Positions 27,820 through 38,369 of a DNA stretch of 64,000 bases are shown here, one piece after another. A model generated the notes under the pieces. That model did not search any database, was not told where the DNA came from, and was given only the letters and a program-made list of their open reading frames with translations. The stretch spans positions 2,272,001 to 2,336,000 of the forward strand of contig CAXXDV010000001.1 of NCBI GenBank assembly GCA_963674745.2, written 5' to 3'. Each line of letters begins with the position of its first letter. The stretch's first letter is position 1. The translations under genes and the position numbers were made by a program. The stretch is from Desulfosudaceae bacterium (GTDB lineage: Bacteria > Desulfobacterota > Desulfobacteria > Desulfobacterales > Desulfosudaceae).

Positions 27820-29304
27820 ATGGAAAAACCCGAGACAATACTGGAGCTGAGAAAACAGAAAATTCAGACATTGCGAGAGATCGGAATCAACCCTTTTCCG
27901 GCTTCTTTTTCCGTGTCTCATACGGTAGCGGAAGTGGCGGCGCTGATCGAAGAAGGCCGGGCGCCGGCCCCGGATGATGATCAGGAACTGACCTTGGCCG
28001 GTCGTATTATTGCGGTAAATAATTTTGGTAAATCCGCATTTATCCGGTTCCGTGACCGAACCGGAACCATGCAGGCTTATCTTCAGCGAAATGTGGTCGG
28101 AGAAGAAGCCTACGGGCTGTTTAAACAAACGGATATCGGAGATTTTATCGGTGTGACCGGCGGTTTTTTTCAGACCAGAACCGGTGAATGGACCATGCAG
28201 GTCAAAAAGTTCAGGTTGCTGTGCAAAGCGACCCGGCCGCTGCCGGAAAAGTTCCACGGGCTCAAAGATCCGGAAAAGCGATATCGAAAGCGGTATCTGG
28301 ATCTGATGATGAACCAGACCACGCGTGAGCTTTTTATTCTACGGAGCCGGATAATCCAGGCTATCCGGGAGTTTTTCCTCCGGCATGAGTTTATGGAAGT
28401 AGAAACCCCCATGATGCAGCCGATTCCCGGTGGGGCGGAGGCCAGACCCTTTGTAACCCATCATAACGCCCTGGACATGGAACTTTTTTTAAGAATCGCA
28501 CCGGAGCTTTATTTGAAACGCCTGGTCATCGGGGGGTTTGAACGGGTGTTTGAAATCAACCGTAATTTTCGGAATGAAGGGGTTTCATCCCGTCATAATC
28601 CTGAATTCACCATGTTGGAATTTTATCAGGCATATGCGGATTATGAGGTTCTCATGGGGATGACCGAGGAACTGTTCAGTCATGTTTTGATGGCGGCAAA
28701 AGGATCGTTGAGTGTTGAATACCAGGGCCATACGATTGACTTTTCCCCGCCGTGGAAGCGCTTGACATTGGCCGAAGCCATGCGCGATATAGGGGGGTTG
28801 GCCTTGGACCAGCAAAGCAACAAAGACGGCCTGCTGGCATTTGCCGAAACGCACAATGTTCAGTTGACCAAGACCGAAAAATCCGGGAAAATTCTGACCA
28901 AACTGTTTGATGCCCTGGTGGAACCGAAACTGATTCAGCCGACATTTATTACCGAATATCCGGTGGAGGTATCTCCCCTTTCAAAAACCAATGAAAAAAA
29001 TCCGGGTGTTGTCGACCGGTTTGAGCTGTTTATTGCGGGCAATGAAATCGCCAACGGTTTTTCAGAGCTCAATGACCCCGAGGACCAGCACGATCGCTTC
29101 ATGTCCCAGGTCATGGCCAGGCAGGCAGGAGACGAGGAAGCTCACTATATGGATGACGATTATGTTGAAGCCCTCCAATACGGTATGCCGCCCACAGCCG
29201 GTGAAGGAATCGGTATCGACCGGCTGGTCATGCTGTTGACGGACGCGCCCTCCATTCGGGAGGTTATTTTGTTTCCCCACATGAAAAGAATTCCCGGGGA
29301 ATAA
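27820..29304 (+). CDS. lysS: lysine--tRNA ligase (class II)
   Basis: LRIAPELYLKRL, FRNEG, GIGIDR. Confidence 0.97.
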   Translation: MEKPETILELRKQKIQTLREIGINPFPASFSVSHTVAEVAALIEEGRAPAPDDDQELTLAGRIIAVNNFGKSAFIRFRDRTGTMQAYLQRNVVGEEAYGLFKQTDIGDFIGVTGGFFQTRTGEWTMQVKKFRLLCKATRPLPEKFHGLKDPEKRYRKRYLDLMMNQTTRELFILRSRIIQAIREFFLRHEFMEVETPMMQPIPGGAEARPFVTHHNALDMELFLRIAPELYLKRLVIGGFERVFEINRNFRNEGVSSRHNPEFTMLEFYQAYADYEVLMGMTEELFSHVLMAAKGSLSVEYQGHTIDFSPPWKRLTLAEAMRDIGGLALDQQSNKDGLLAFAETHNVQLTKTEKSGKILTKLFDALVEPKLIQPTFITEYPVEVSPLSKTNEKNPGVVDRFELFIAGNEIANGFSELNDPEDQHDRFMSQVMARQAGDEEAHYMDDDYVEALQYGMPPTAGEGIGIDRLVMLLTDAPSIREVILFPHMKRIPGE

Positions 29305-29353
29305 TTATTTGTAACTTTTTTTGCTGATATCGAGACGATTACGGTAAAACAAT

Positions 29354-30598
29354 ATGAACTACGAATTTTTGATCAGCAGGCGCCATTTAATGGCCCCCCG
29401 GGGTAACGCGTTTGTTTCGTTCATCACCCTGCTGTCGGTTGCCGGTGTGGTCATCGGTGTCATGGCTTTAATTATTGTAATTGCCGTCATGTCAGGATTC
29501 GAAAATGATATTAAACAAAGAATCCTTGGCGTGGAATCCCATATCGTTCTGTTTCATCATGGCGGACAGATTACCGGCTATGATAAGATTGTCGGGCAGG
29601 TTGAACAGATGAAGCCGGTGGTCTCGGCTTTGCCTTTTGTGATGACTCAGGTCATGCTCCGGTCGGCATCCGGCGTGACGGGCGGGATTTTAAGAGGTGT
29701 CGATCCGGAACGGGCGGCCGCATCCATACGGATTTTTGAACCGTTTGAGTCCTTAAACGAAAGGTTGACCTGCCGGGAACAGAGCACGGATAATGTCGGC
29801 CAGCCGCCGGGAATTATCCTGGGAAAAGAGCTGGCCGGACGTCTAAGGGTGGGGGAAGGCGACATCGTCTATCTGGTCCTGTCCATGGGGGCATTATCAC
29901 CGGTAGGCCATATGCCGGCAGTCAAACGATTTGAAGTGACCGGTATATTCGAAGCCGGTATGCATGATTTTGACAGCGCGTTTGCTTTTGTCCATCTGGC
30001 AGAAGCCCAGCGGATACTGCACATGGAGGATGCTGTCAGCGGCATTGACATTCGTGTTAAGGATATTTACAAGGCGCGGGTGATCGCTGAGAATATTGTA
30101 GCTAGCCTGGGCGGTTATCCTTTCTATGCCAGAGACTGGATGACCATGAACCAGAATCTGTTCGCCGCATTGAAGCTGGAAAAGGTCGTCATGTTCATTA
30201 TTCTGACCCTGATCGTCCTGGTGGCGGCATTTAATATCGCCAGTTCCCTGGTCATGATCGTCATGAACAAACGAAAAGAGATCGGCATATTGAAGGCAAT
30301 GGGCGCCACCGGCAAAAGTATCCGGCGAATCTTTGTCATGCAGGGGATGCTGATCGGCGGTGTAGGCACCGCGCTGGGGGGGGGGCTGGGGGTAATTGCC
30401 TGTCTTTTACTCAAGCGGTATCAGTTTATTGAGTTGTCCAGTGACGTTTATTATATTACCAAGTTGCCGGTACAGCTTGAATGGCTTGACGTTACCGCAA
30501 TTGCCGGTGCCGCTCTGCTCATATGCTACCTGTCGACATTATACCCTGCAGCCCAGGCGTCCAGGGTTAATCCGGTGGAGGCGATCCGTTATGGCTAA
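29354..30598 (+). CDS. lolE: lipoprotein-releasing ABC permease LolC/E
   Basis: VMSGFE, EIGILKAMGA, PVEAIRY. Confidence 0.88.
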   Translation: MNYEFLISRRHLMAPRGNAFVSFITLLSVAGVVIGVMALIIVIAVMSGFENDIKQRILGVESHIVLFHHGGQITGYDKIVGQVEQMKPVVSALPFVMTQVMLRSASGVTGGILRGVDPERAAASIRIFEPFESLNERLTCREQSTDNVGQPPGIILGKELAGRLRVGEGDIVYLVLSMGALSPVGHMPAVKRFEVTGIFEAGMHDFDSAFAFVHLAEAQRILHMEDAVSGIDIRVKDIYKARVIAENIVASLGGYPFYARDWMTMNQNLFAALKLEKVVMFIILTLIVLVAAFNIASSLVMIVMNKRKEIGILKAMGATGKSIRRIFVMQGMLIGGVGTALGGGLGVIACLLLKRYQFIELSSDVYYITKLPVQLEWLDVTAIAGAALLICYLSTLYPAAQASRVNPVEAIRYG

Positions 30599-31334
30599 TA
30601 CAGTTAACGATGGCAAACACCAGAAAAGGGTCGGCGCCGGGCCGTTAATCAGTGGGAGTAATCTTTCCAAAGGCTTTAAAAATGACGGATTGCGGATCGA
30701 GGTGATCAGGGACACCAGTTTTGAAATTTTCGGCGGTGAGTCGATTGCCGTCGTCGGCGCATCGGGAATCGGCAAATCGACCTTTTTACAGGTTATAGGT
30801 GCCCTTGATCCACCGGAAAGTGGCACCCTGCTGCTGGAAGACCGAGATGTCTATGCCCTCGGTGAAACGGAGCTGGCCGGCTTAAGAAACCAGACGATCG
30901 GTTTTGTCTTTCAATTTCACCATCTGCTGCCGGAATTCAGCGCCCTTGAGAATGTCATGATGCCGGGACTCATAAAGCGTGACGACAGTCGATCGGTACG
31001 GCAGAATGCCGAAGAGATGCTTGTCCGGGTGGGGCTTAAAGACAGGCTGCATCACCGGCCGGCTGAGCTTTCAGGCGGAGAACAGCAACGGGTGGCCATT
31101 GCCCGGGCTCTGGTTTTAAACCCGCTGTTGTTGCTCGCTGATGAACCTACGGGTAATCTTGACAAAAAGACCAGCGGTCATATCCATGAACTGCTGCTGG
31201 AATTGAATCACGAGTTGTCAATGACGTTGATCGTTGCCACGCACAGTCCTCATCTGGCAAGACTGATGTCACGCAACCTGACTATAATCGACAACAATAT
31301 CGTTGAAATACGGGATATATCGGAAGCGGGATAA
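30591..31334 (+). CDS. lolD: lipoprotein-releasing ABC ATPase
   Basis: [32 protein letters not shown]. Confidence 0.92.
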   Translation: MANTVNDGKHQKRVGAGPLISGSNLSKGFKNDGLRIEVIRDTSFEIFGGESIAVVGASGIGKSTFLQVIGALDPPESGTLLLEDRDVYALGETELAGLRNQTIGFVFQFHHLLPEFSALENVMMPGLIKRDDSRSVRQNAEEMLVRVGLKDRLHHRPAELSGGEQQRVAIARALVLNPLLLLADEPTGNLDKKTSGHIHELLLELNHELSMTLIVATHSPHLARLMSRNLTIIDNNIVEIRDISEAG

Positions 31335-31337
31335 ATA

Positions 31338-33722
31338 ATGTTGCTGAATAAAAAGGCGGCAGGATGGGCGTTTTGCTTTAGGCCTGCCAAAATTGTTTTT
31401 TTCTTGATGATTTCGGGCTTAACCCTGGTGTTAACATCATTAACGGTTCCGGTTCTGGCACAAAACGGGACGGAGCAGGAAATCGTGTCAGACGTTCAAA
31501 TACAGGGCAATGTCCGCATTGAATCGGAAGCAATTAAAAAAGTGGTCCAAACCGGCACCGGGGATATTTTTAATAAGCGTCAGCTCTCGGATGATATCAA
31601 GTCGATTTATCGGATGGGCTATTTTGAAGACATTCATGTTGCGATGCAAGACGCCGATGGTGGAAAAATCGTTGTTTTTCATGTCAAGGAAAGGCCGACG
31701 GTCAGAAAGATTCTGTTTAAAAACAATCTTCTGTTTGATACCGACGAACTGATGAAGGAGATTTCCATCACCCGCGGTTCAATTGTCAATGTTGCTGATA
31801 TCCAACGTAATATCAGGCAGCTCAAAGAATTATACAAAAATAAAAATTATTATAATGTTCAAATCACTTACGCCCTTCTTCCGGAAGATAATAATCAGGC
31901 GGACATCGAATTTCATATCGAAGAGGGCGATAAATTCCGGATTCAGAAAATTGATTTTGAAGGAAATCAGGTATACACCGATAAAGAACTGAAAAAAATT
32001 ATCAAGACCGCTGAAAAAGGGTTCTTGATGTGGATTTTTTCTTCTGCCGGTGATTTGAAAATGGATATACTTTCTCAGGACATTGCCCGCCTGACTGCGC
32101 ATTATCACGATAACGGCTATATTAATGCCAGGATCGGTGAACCCGAAATCGTTTACGGCCAGGCCCCGGCGGAAGAGGGTGAAAAAGAACCGGAAAAAGG
32201 CATTTATATCAAGTTTAAAATTGAAGAGGGAGAGCAGTACAAGGTCGGAAGCATCGATCTGTCCGGAGACCTGATTGAGGATGAACAGTTTTTACGGGAC
32301 AGGCTGCAGGTAACGGAGGATACGGTTTTTAATCGGTCCCAGTTGCGGATGGATTTAATGCGGCTCACCGATTTTTATTCGGATCGGGGGTATTACTATG
32401 TCGATATTTATCCCAAAACCGACGTCAATGAAGAATCTCTGACGATTGACATCGATTATGTGATTACCAAAGGGGAGCTTGTTTTTTTTGATCAGATTAT
32501 CATTACCGGCAACACCAAAACCCGCGACAAGGTAATCCGCAGGCAGTTGAGCTTTCATGAGCAGGAGCGTTACAGCGGACGAAAATTAAAATACGGCATC
32601 AGCCGGTTATACCGGTTGAACTATTTTGAAAACGTGGGCGTAGATGTTGTTGAAAAGAAAGCGGAAAACAAGATTGATCTGAAAATAGACGTTGAGGAAA
32701 AACCGACCGGCGAATTCTCTTTCGGCGGCGGCTACAGCAGCCAGGAGAAGTTTTTTGCTACCGCCTCTGTTTCCCAGTTTAACCTTTTCGGCCGCGGGCA
32801 GACATTACAGGTGCAGGGCCAGATGGGGGGGACAACCAATCAGTTCAAGCTCAGTTTTACCGAACCCTGGCTTTTTGATATCCCCCTGTCGGCAGGCATA
32901 GATTTTTATAACTGGGAAGTCGATTATGACACTTATACAATGGACACCACGGGCGGAGGACTGCGCTTCGGCTATCCTGTTTTCAGAGATACCCGTTTAT
33001 ACCTGTCCAACTCATATGAAGTCAACAGTATCCAAGATGTTTACCAGGATGCGCCTACTTCCATTCTCGACCTGCTGGACATAGATGAAGACCGTATTGT
33101 CACCAACAGCATTTCCATGTCTCTTGTTTATGATTCCCGCGACAACGTCATGAACCCGCGCAGAGGTGCTAAACATTCGCTTACCATCGAAAACGCCGGT
33201 GGCCTTCTCGGCGGTGACGTTGCCTTCACCAAATATACTTCCGAGTTGGGCTGGTATATACCGTTATTCTGGAAAACCGTCGGTTTTATTCATTCCAAAG
33301 GCGGTTATGTAAATGAAAATTCAGACGGCTATCTGCCGGACTATGAAAAATTTTATCTGGGAGGGATGAATTCGTTGCGGGGTTTTGACTGGCGCGATGT
33401 ATCCATATTGGAGTTTGATGAGGATGGCTTTCTGATCGACGAACGGGGGGGGGATAAGTTTGTCCAGCTTAATCTGGAGTTTCAGTTTCCCCTTTTTGGT
33501 GACGAACTCGGTCTGGTGGGTGTCATGTTCTATGATACCGGTAATGTGTTCGATAAAGGGGATAACATTGATTTAGGCGACTTAAGAAAAAGCTGGGGCT
33601 TCGGATTCAGATGGTATTCGCCCATGGGGCCGATCAGACTGGAGCGGGGGTATGTGCTTAATCCCGAGGAATGGGAAGACTCCGGCGGGAAATGGGAGTT
33701 CAGCATGGGAACCGCGTTTTAA
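31338..33722 (+). CDS. bamA: outer membrane protein assembly factor BamA
   Basis: POTRA repeats, LRGF, WYSPMGP, C-terminal F. Confidence 0.95.
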   Translation: MLLNKKAAGWAFCFRPAKIVFFLMISGLTLVLTSLTVPVLAQNGTEQEIVSDVQIQGNVRIESEAIKKVVQTGTGDIFNKRQLSDDIKSIYRMGYFEDIHVAMQDADGGKIVVFHVKERPTVRKILFKNNLLFDTDELMKEISITRGSIVNVADIQRNIRQLKELYKNKNYYNVQITYALLPEDNNQADIEFHIEEGDKFRIQKIDFEGNQVYTDKELKKIIKTAEKGFLMWIFSSAGDLKMDILSQDIARLTAHYHDNGYINARIGEPEIVYGQAPAEEGEKEPEKGIYIKFKIEEGEQYKVGSIDLSGDLIEDEQFLRDRLQVTEDTVFNRSQLRMDLMRLTDFYSDRGYYYVDIYPKTDVNEESLTIDIDYVITKGELVFFDQIIITGNTKTRDKVIRRQLSFHEQERYSGRKLKYGISRLYRLNYFENVGVDVVEKKAENKIDLKIDVEEKPTGEFSFGGGYSSQEKFFATASVSQFNLFGRGQTLQVQGQMGGTTNQFKLSFTEPWLFDIPLSAGIDFYNWEVDYDTYTMDTTGGGLRFGYPVFRDTRLYLSNSYEVNSIQDVYQDAPTSILDLLDIDEDRIVTNSISMSLVYDSRDNVMNPRRGAKHSLTIENAGGLLGGDVAFTKYTSELGWYIPLFWKTVGFIHSKGGYVNENSDGYLPDYEKFYLGGMNSLRGFDWRDVSILEFDEDGFLIDERGGDKFVQLNLEFQFPLFGDELGLVGVMFYDTGNVFDKGDNIDLGDLRKSWGFGFRWYSPMGPIRLERGYVLNPEEWEDSGGKWEFSMGTAF

Positions 33723-33745
33723 ACACCAAAAAAGGAGTTTAAGAA

Positions 33746-34285
33746 ATGAGACGAACGATTATTCAGATTGCTGGAATAGTGATTACGCTTTTAATCTGGG
33801 CGGGCGCCGGAATGGCGGCTGATGTCGCTAAAATTGGCGTGGTTGATTTTCAGCGGTTTCTGACGGAATCCAATATCGGGCAGGCAGCTCAGGAGGAGAT
33901 TGAGACCGAAGGCGCCCGAATGGAGAAAGACCTTAAAACCCAGGGAGAAGCCATAGCCGCCTTGGAAAAAAAGCTGGAAGCGGACGCCCTGGTGGTCAGT
34001 GAGGAGAAACGGGAGTCGCAACTTCGAGAATACAGGATAAAAATCGGTGATCTAAAAGCACTGCAACAGAAATATACGATGGCTTTGAAGAAAATGGAGC
34101 AGGAATTGATCGCCAGGGTTCAAAAAAAGGCTTCGACACTGGCTTCGGAACTGGGCGAAAAGGAAGGGTATCTTTTGTTGATCGAAAAGACGGCGGTCAT
34201 TTATCATCCGGCTGCCATTGATGTGACCGACGAGTTGATCCAATTCGCCAACGCAAAAGAGAACAAAACTGAAAATTCTCAATAA
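33746..34285 (+). CDS. skp: OmpH/Skp chaperone
   Basis: Signal peptide, KIGVVD, coiled coil, DVT; synteny. Confidence 0.9.
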   Translation: MRRTIIQIAGIVITLLIWAGAGMAADVAKIGVVDFQRFLTESNIGQAAQEEIETEGARMEKDLKTQGEAIAALEKKLEADALVVSEEKRESQLREYRIKIGDLKALQQKYTMALKKMEQELIARVQKKASTLASELGEKEGYLLLIEKTAVIYHPAAIDVTDELIQFANAKENKTENSQ

Positions 34286-34335
34286 GCCTAATGGCCAGAG
34301 GCAAGCAGAGGTAAAGGCTGAAAAGGCGTGGAAAA

Positions 34336-35373
34336 ATGAAATTACCGCTTAAGGAAATAGCCGCCATGGTGGGCGGTATGGTCCGGGGCAATCCCGATCA
34401 TGGGATTTCCGGTGTGGCGCCTTTCGAACGTGCCGGAGAGGAAGATATCACGCTGGCCGGCAGCGCGACATACTGGAATGATCTGGATCGTACGACCGCC
34501 GGCGCCTTGATCGTACCCCAGGGGGTTGACTGCGGCGGTAGAAACGCAATCGAAACCGATAACCCGCAGGCGGCTTTTACCAAACTGATCAATGCCTTTG
34601 CCGCAAAAAAGAGACCCGGTTGCGGGATCGCCCAGCAGGCATGTATCGGCCGCAATTTTTCCTGCGGGCAGGCTGTACATATATCCCCGGGGGTTGTTAT
34701 CGCCGATGACGTAACGCTGGGAGACCATGTTGTTATCTACCCGGGCGTTTTTATCGGGGAAGGCGTGACCATCGGCAGCGAAGTCGATATTCATGCCAAT
34801 GCTTCTGTCATGTGGGGCTGCGTAATCGGTGACAGGGTTATTATTCAGGCCGGTACGGTGATCGGCAGCGATGGCTTCGGCTATAAACGGGACGGTGATC
34901 AATATCTCAAGATGACGCATACCGGTATTGTTCAGATCGATGATGACGTTGAGATCGGGGCCAACAATACCATTGACCGCGGCACGTTTGATAAAACCTG
35001 GATAAAATCCGGGGTTAAAACCGACAACCTGGTGCATATCGCACACAATGTTTCGGTCGGTGAGAACACGATCATTGTGGCCCAGTCAGCCATTGCCGGC
35101 AGTGTTGTCATCGGCAGGAATGTCGTAATCGCCGGGCAGGCCGGTATCAGTGATCATCTTGAGATCGGTGACTTTGCCATTATCGGCCCCCAGGCCGGTA
35201 TTGCCAAGTCCGTTGGGGCTGGAGATGTCGTTTCCGGCACGCCGGGAATGCCCCACAAGCTGTGGCTGAAAACCCATAGCCTGATCACCCGGTTGCCCGC
35301 GATTAATAAGAAAATAAAATACCTGGAGAAAAAGGTGACCGAACTGGTGACCGGGTTGGAGAAAAATGAATGA
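34336..35373 (+). CDS. lpxD: UDP-3-O-acylglucosamine N-acyltransferase
   Basis: Hexapeptide repeats, GSDGFGY, DNLVHIAHN. Confidence 0.95.
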   Translation: MKLPLKEIAAMVGGMVRGNPDHGISGVAPFERAGEEDITLAGSATYWNDLDRTTAGALIVPQGVDCGGRNAIETDNPQAAFTKLINAFAAKKRPGCGIAQQACIGRNFSCGQAVHISPGVVIADDVTLGDHVVIYPGVFIGEGVTIGSEVDIHANASVMWGCVIGDRVIIQAGTVIGSDGFGYKRDGDQYLKMTHTGIVQIDDDVEIGANNTIDRGTFDKTWIKSGVKTDNLVHIAHNVSVGENTIIVAQSAIAGSVVIGRNVVIAGQAGISDHLEIGDFAIIGPQAGIAKSVGAGDVVSGTPGMPHKLWLKTHSLITRLPAINKKIKYLEKKVTELVTGLEKNE

Positions 35374-35824
35374 GATGAGAATTGATATCAATAAGATCAT
35401 CTCGGTGCTGCCCCAGCGATACCCTTTTATTATGATAGACCGGGTGATCGACTATGTTCCGGATCAAGAGATAACCGCCGTGAAGAACGTTTCTGCCAGT
35501 GACCCCTGGATGGCCGGACATTTTCCGGACAATCCCGTTATGCCCGGGGTCCTGATTCTCGAGGCCATGTGTCAGGCCGGCGGTGTGCTGGTCAATCTGT
35601 CCAATGAAAAAGCAGCAAGATACCTGGCCGGGATGGATAAAGTAAGGTTCAGAAAAAGGGTCATCCCCGGTGACCAGCTGGTCATCCACGGAAAGGTCCT
35701 GAAAAGAAAGTTGAACATGATTAAAATGGAAGTGTCCGCCACGGTTGACGGAACGCTGGTCGCGAAAGCACAGATTATGGCCAGCACAGGAGATGAAAAT
35801 GATACATCCGACAGCGATAATTGA
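35366..35824 (+). CDS. fabZ: 3-hydroxyacyl-ACP dehydratase
   Basis: LPQRYPF, GHFP, MPGVLILE. Confidence 0.95.
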   Translation: MNEMRIDINKIISVLPQRYPFIMIDRVIDYVPDQEITAVKNVSASDPWMAGHFPDNPVMPGVLILEAMCQAGGVLVNLSNEKAARYLAGMDKVRFRKRVIPGDQLVIHGKVLKRKLNMIKMEVSATVDGTLVAKAQIMASTGDENDTSDSDN

Positions 35825-36569
35825 TTCCAGTGCTCAAATAGCGTCAGACGTGGAGGTCGGACCCTACGCCATTATTGCCAATGATGTCGTCATCGAGGCG
35901 GGCACGAAAATCGGTCCCCACGTGGTGATTGATGCCTACACCAGTATCGGTCCGGAATGCCGGGTCTATCAGTTCGCCTCAATCGGCGCGCCACCTCAGT
36001 CGGTCAAGTATGCAGGCGAAAAAACAGAGGTGAAAATCGGTCGGGGCTGCGCCGTTCGGGAGTTCGTTACCATTCACCGGGGAACCAAGTCCGGTGGCGG
36101 TGTAACGGAAATCGGCGAGGACTGTATGCTGATGGCCTATACCCATATCGCCCATGACTGCCGGATAGGGAACCGGGTACTGTTTGCCAATAACGCTACC
36201 CTGGCCGGACATATTTCAGTCGGGAATAACGCCACCATCGGGGGGCTGGTTGCCATTCATCAGTTCGTTAATATCGGGAGCCACGCCTTTATCGGCGGTA
36301 AGTCGGCAGTCGTTAAAGATGTGCCCCCCTACGTAATCGCCGCCGGGGACCGGGCCAGACTTTATGGTTTGAATACAGTCGGGCTGAAGCGGAATAATTT
36401 TTCCCAGGAAACCCTTTTGTCTCTGAAAAAAGCCTACCGGATTATTTTTAGAATCGGCCTGACCTTAAATGAAGCCATTGAAAGGGCTTATGCCGAAGTT
36501 GAGCAGACCCCTGAAGTGGAGACTTTTTTGGCGTTTATTAAATCCTCCCGTCGCGGCATCACACGCTAA
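35793..36569 (+). CDS. lpxA: acyl-ACP--UDP-GlcNAc acyltransferase
   Basis: IHPTAII, HIAHDC, LAGH, HQF. Confidence 0.95.
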   Translation: MKMIHPTAIIDSSAQIASDVEVGPYAIIANDVVIEAGTKIGPHVVIDAYTSIGPECRVYQFASIGAPPQSVKYAGEKTEVKIGRGCAVREFVTIHRGTKSGGGVTEIGEDCMLMAYTHIAHDCRIGNRVLFANNATLAGHISVGNNATIGGLVAIHQFVNIGSHAFIGGKSAVVKDVPPYVIAAGDRARLYGLNTVGLKRNNFSQETLLSLKKAYRIIFRIGLTLNEAIERAYAEVEQTPEVETFLAFIKSSRRGITR

Positions 36570-36606
36570 ACGGTTTTTGCCGGCGGCCGGGTAAAATGGT
36601 TACAAG

Positions 36607-37437
36607 ATGAAAATTGGACTGATCGCGGGCGGGGGCAGCTTTCCGCTGGAATTCGCCGATGCCGCCCGAAAAAACGGCAAACAGGTCTTCACCGTCGCCT
36701 ATCACGGCGCGGCCGACCCCGACATCGGGCATCGGGTGCATGCCGTCGAGTGGCTCTATGTGGGGGAGATTGAAAAGCTGATCCGGTTTTTTAAGGAAAA
36801 TGATGTCAGGGAAACCGTTATGATGGGTGGTGTCGACAAGCGCGTCATGTTTTCAGATTTCAGACCGGATGAGACCGCTTTAACCCTGATTGCCGGACTG
36901 ACCGAAACACATGACGATGCATTGCTGAGAGGTTTCGCGGCGGTTCTGGAAGAAAACCATATCGCGGTCCGCGCCTCCACATTCTTGCTGCCGGAACTGC
37001 TTGCGCCGGAAGGTTGCTGGACGAAAACCGCTCCGGACGAAGCCCAGCAGTCGGATATCGCTATCGGCTGGAAAACGGCCAAGGCCATCGGCGACCTGGA
37101 TATCGGGCAATGCGTGGTGGTGGAAAAAGGGTCGGTCCTGGCCGTGGAAGCCATTGACGGCACGGATGCCACTATCAAAAGAGGAGGCGGACTGGGCGGT
37201 GGTCAGGCTGTGCTGGTAAAGGTCAGCAAACCGAATCAGGATATGCGCTTTGATGTCCCTTCAGTCGGTCCGGCCACGATTCAAACCATGCACGAGGCAG
37301 GGGTCAGGGTTCTGGCCATGGAGACCGGAAAAACCGTCGTTTTCGACAGGGAAAAAATGATTGCCATGTCAAACGATTATAACATAGCCATTGTCGGGTT
37401 GAGTGAGGAACAATGTCAGAGCTTCGCGTCGGCGTAA
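36607..37437 (+). CDS. lpxI: UDP-2,3-diacylglucosamine pyrophosphatase LpxI
   Basis: DIGQ, VEAIDGTD, QDMRFDVP. Confidence 0.92.
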   Translation: MKIGLIAGGGSFPLEFADAARKNGKQVFTVAYHGAADPDIGHRVHAVEWLYVGEIEKLIRFFKENDVRETVMMGGVDKRVMFSDFRPDETALTLIAGLTETHDDALLRGFAAVLEENHIAVRASTFLLPELLAPEGCWTKTAPDEAQQSDIAIGWKTAKAIGDLDIGQCVVVEKGSVLAVEAIDGTDATIKRGGGLGGGQAVLVKVSKPNQDMRFDVPSVGPATIQTMHEAGVRVLAMETGKTVVFDREKMIAMSNDYNIAIVGLSEEQCQSFASA

Positions 37438-38369
37438 TCGGGTCCGGATATCTGGGAAAATTTCACGCTGAAAAATATGCTGCCATGGATGGTGTGACCT
37501 TGGCCGGTGTGGTTGATGTTGATGCCGTCGCCGCCGGAGCGGTGGCAGACCGTTTGGGGTCGACCGCCTATACGGATTACAAGGATCTGTTCGGCCGGGT
37601 GGACGCGGTCAGTATTGTCGTGCCTACGCCGGCGCACTGTCCGATCGCGTTGGCTTTTCTGGAAAACGGTGTTGATGTTATGGTGGAAAAGCCCATGACC
37701 ACCACCCTGGAAGAAGCTGACCGGTTGATCGAGCTGGCTGAGAAAAAAGATCGCATTATTCAGGTCGGGCATCTGGAACGGTTCAATCCTGCTGTTCACC
37801 CGCTTAAGAACATCGTTGATCGGCCCCTTTTTATCGAATCTCATCGGTTGAGCATTTATAAAACCCGGGGTACGGATGTCAGCGTGGTGCTGGACCTGAT
37901 GATTCACGATATCGATCTTATCTTGAATTTTGTAAAGTCCGAGATAACCGATATCCGAGCGGCCGGCGTATCCATCATTTCAGACAGCGTGGACATCGCC
38001 AATGCCCGGCTCGAGTTTGAGAGCGGTTGTGTGGCCAATATTACCGCCAGCCGGGTCTCCAACCGCAGTGAACGAAAAATCCGATTGTTTCAGAAGAGCG
38101 CATACATATCTGTCGATTTTGCCGACAGCGGTATCACGGTGGTGAAAAAGGGTGATGCCGACAACGGCAGTGGACCCATCCCGGGCATGAACGCGCAGCA
38201 GCTTTCTTTTGAAAAATGGGATGCCCTGGAACAGGAACTCAAAGCCTTTGTCGATTGTGTCCGGCACCGCAAGCGCCCCCAAGTCTCAGGTCACGAGGGA
38301 CGCAAAGCCCTCCAGACGGCTCTGGCCGTGATGGAACGGATAAACCAGACGGGAAAGCGATTTGAATAA
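37413..38369 (+). CDS. Gfo/Idh/MocA oxidoreductase (GnnA-like)
   Basis: GSGYLG, EKP, VGHLERFNP, DLMIHD. Confidence 0.88.
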   Translation: MSELRVGVIGSGYLGKFHAEKYAAMDGVTLAGVVDVDAVAAGAVADRLGSTAYTDYKDLFGRVDAVSIVVPTPAHCPIALAFLENGVDVMVEKPMTTTLEEADRLIELAEKKDRIIQVGHLERFNPAVHPLKNIVDRPLFIESHRLSIYKTRGTDVSVVLDLMIHDIDLILNFVKSEITDIRAAGVSIISDSVDIANARLEFESGCVANITASRVSNRSERKIRLFQKSAYISVDFADSGITVVKKGDADNGSGPIPGMNAQQLSFEKWDALEQELKAFVDCVRHRKRPQVSGHEGRKALQTALAVMERINQTGKRFE

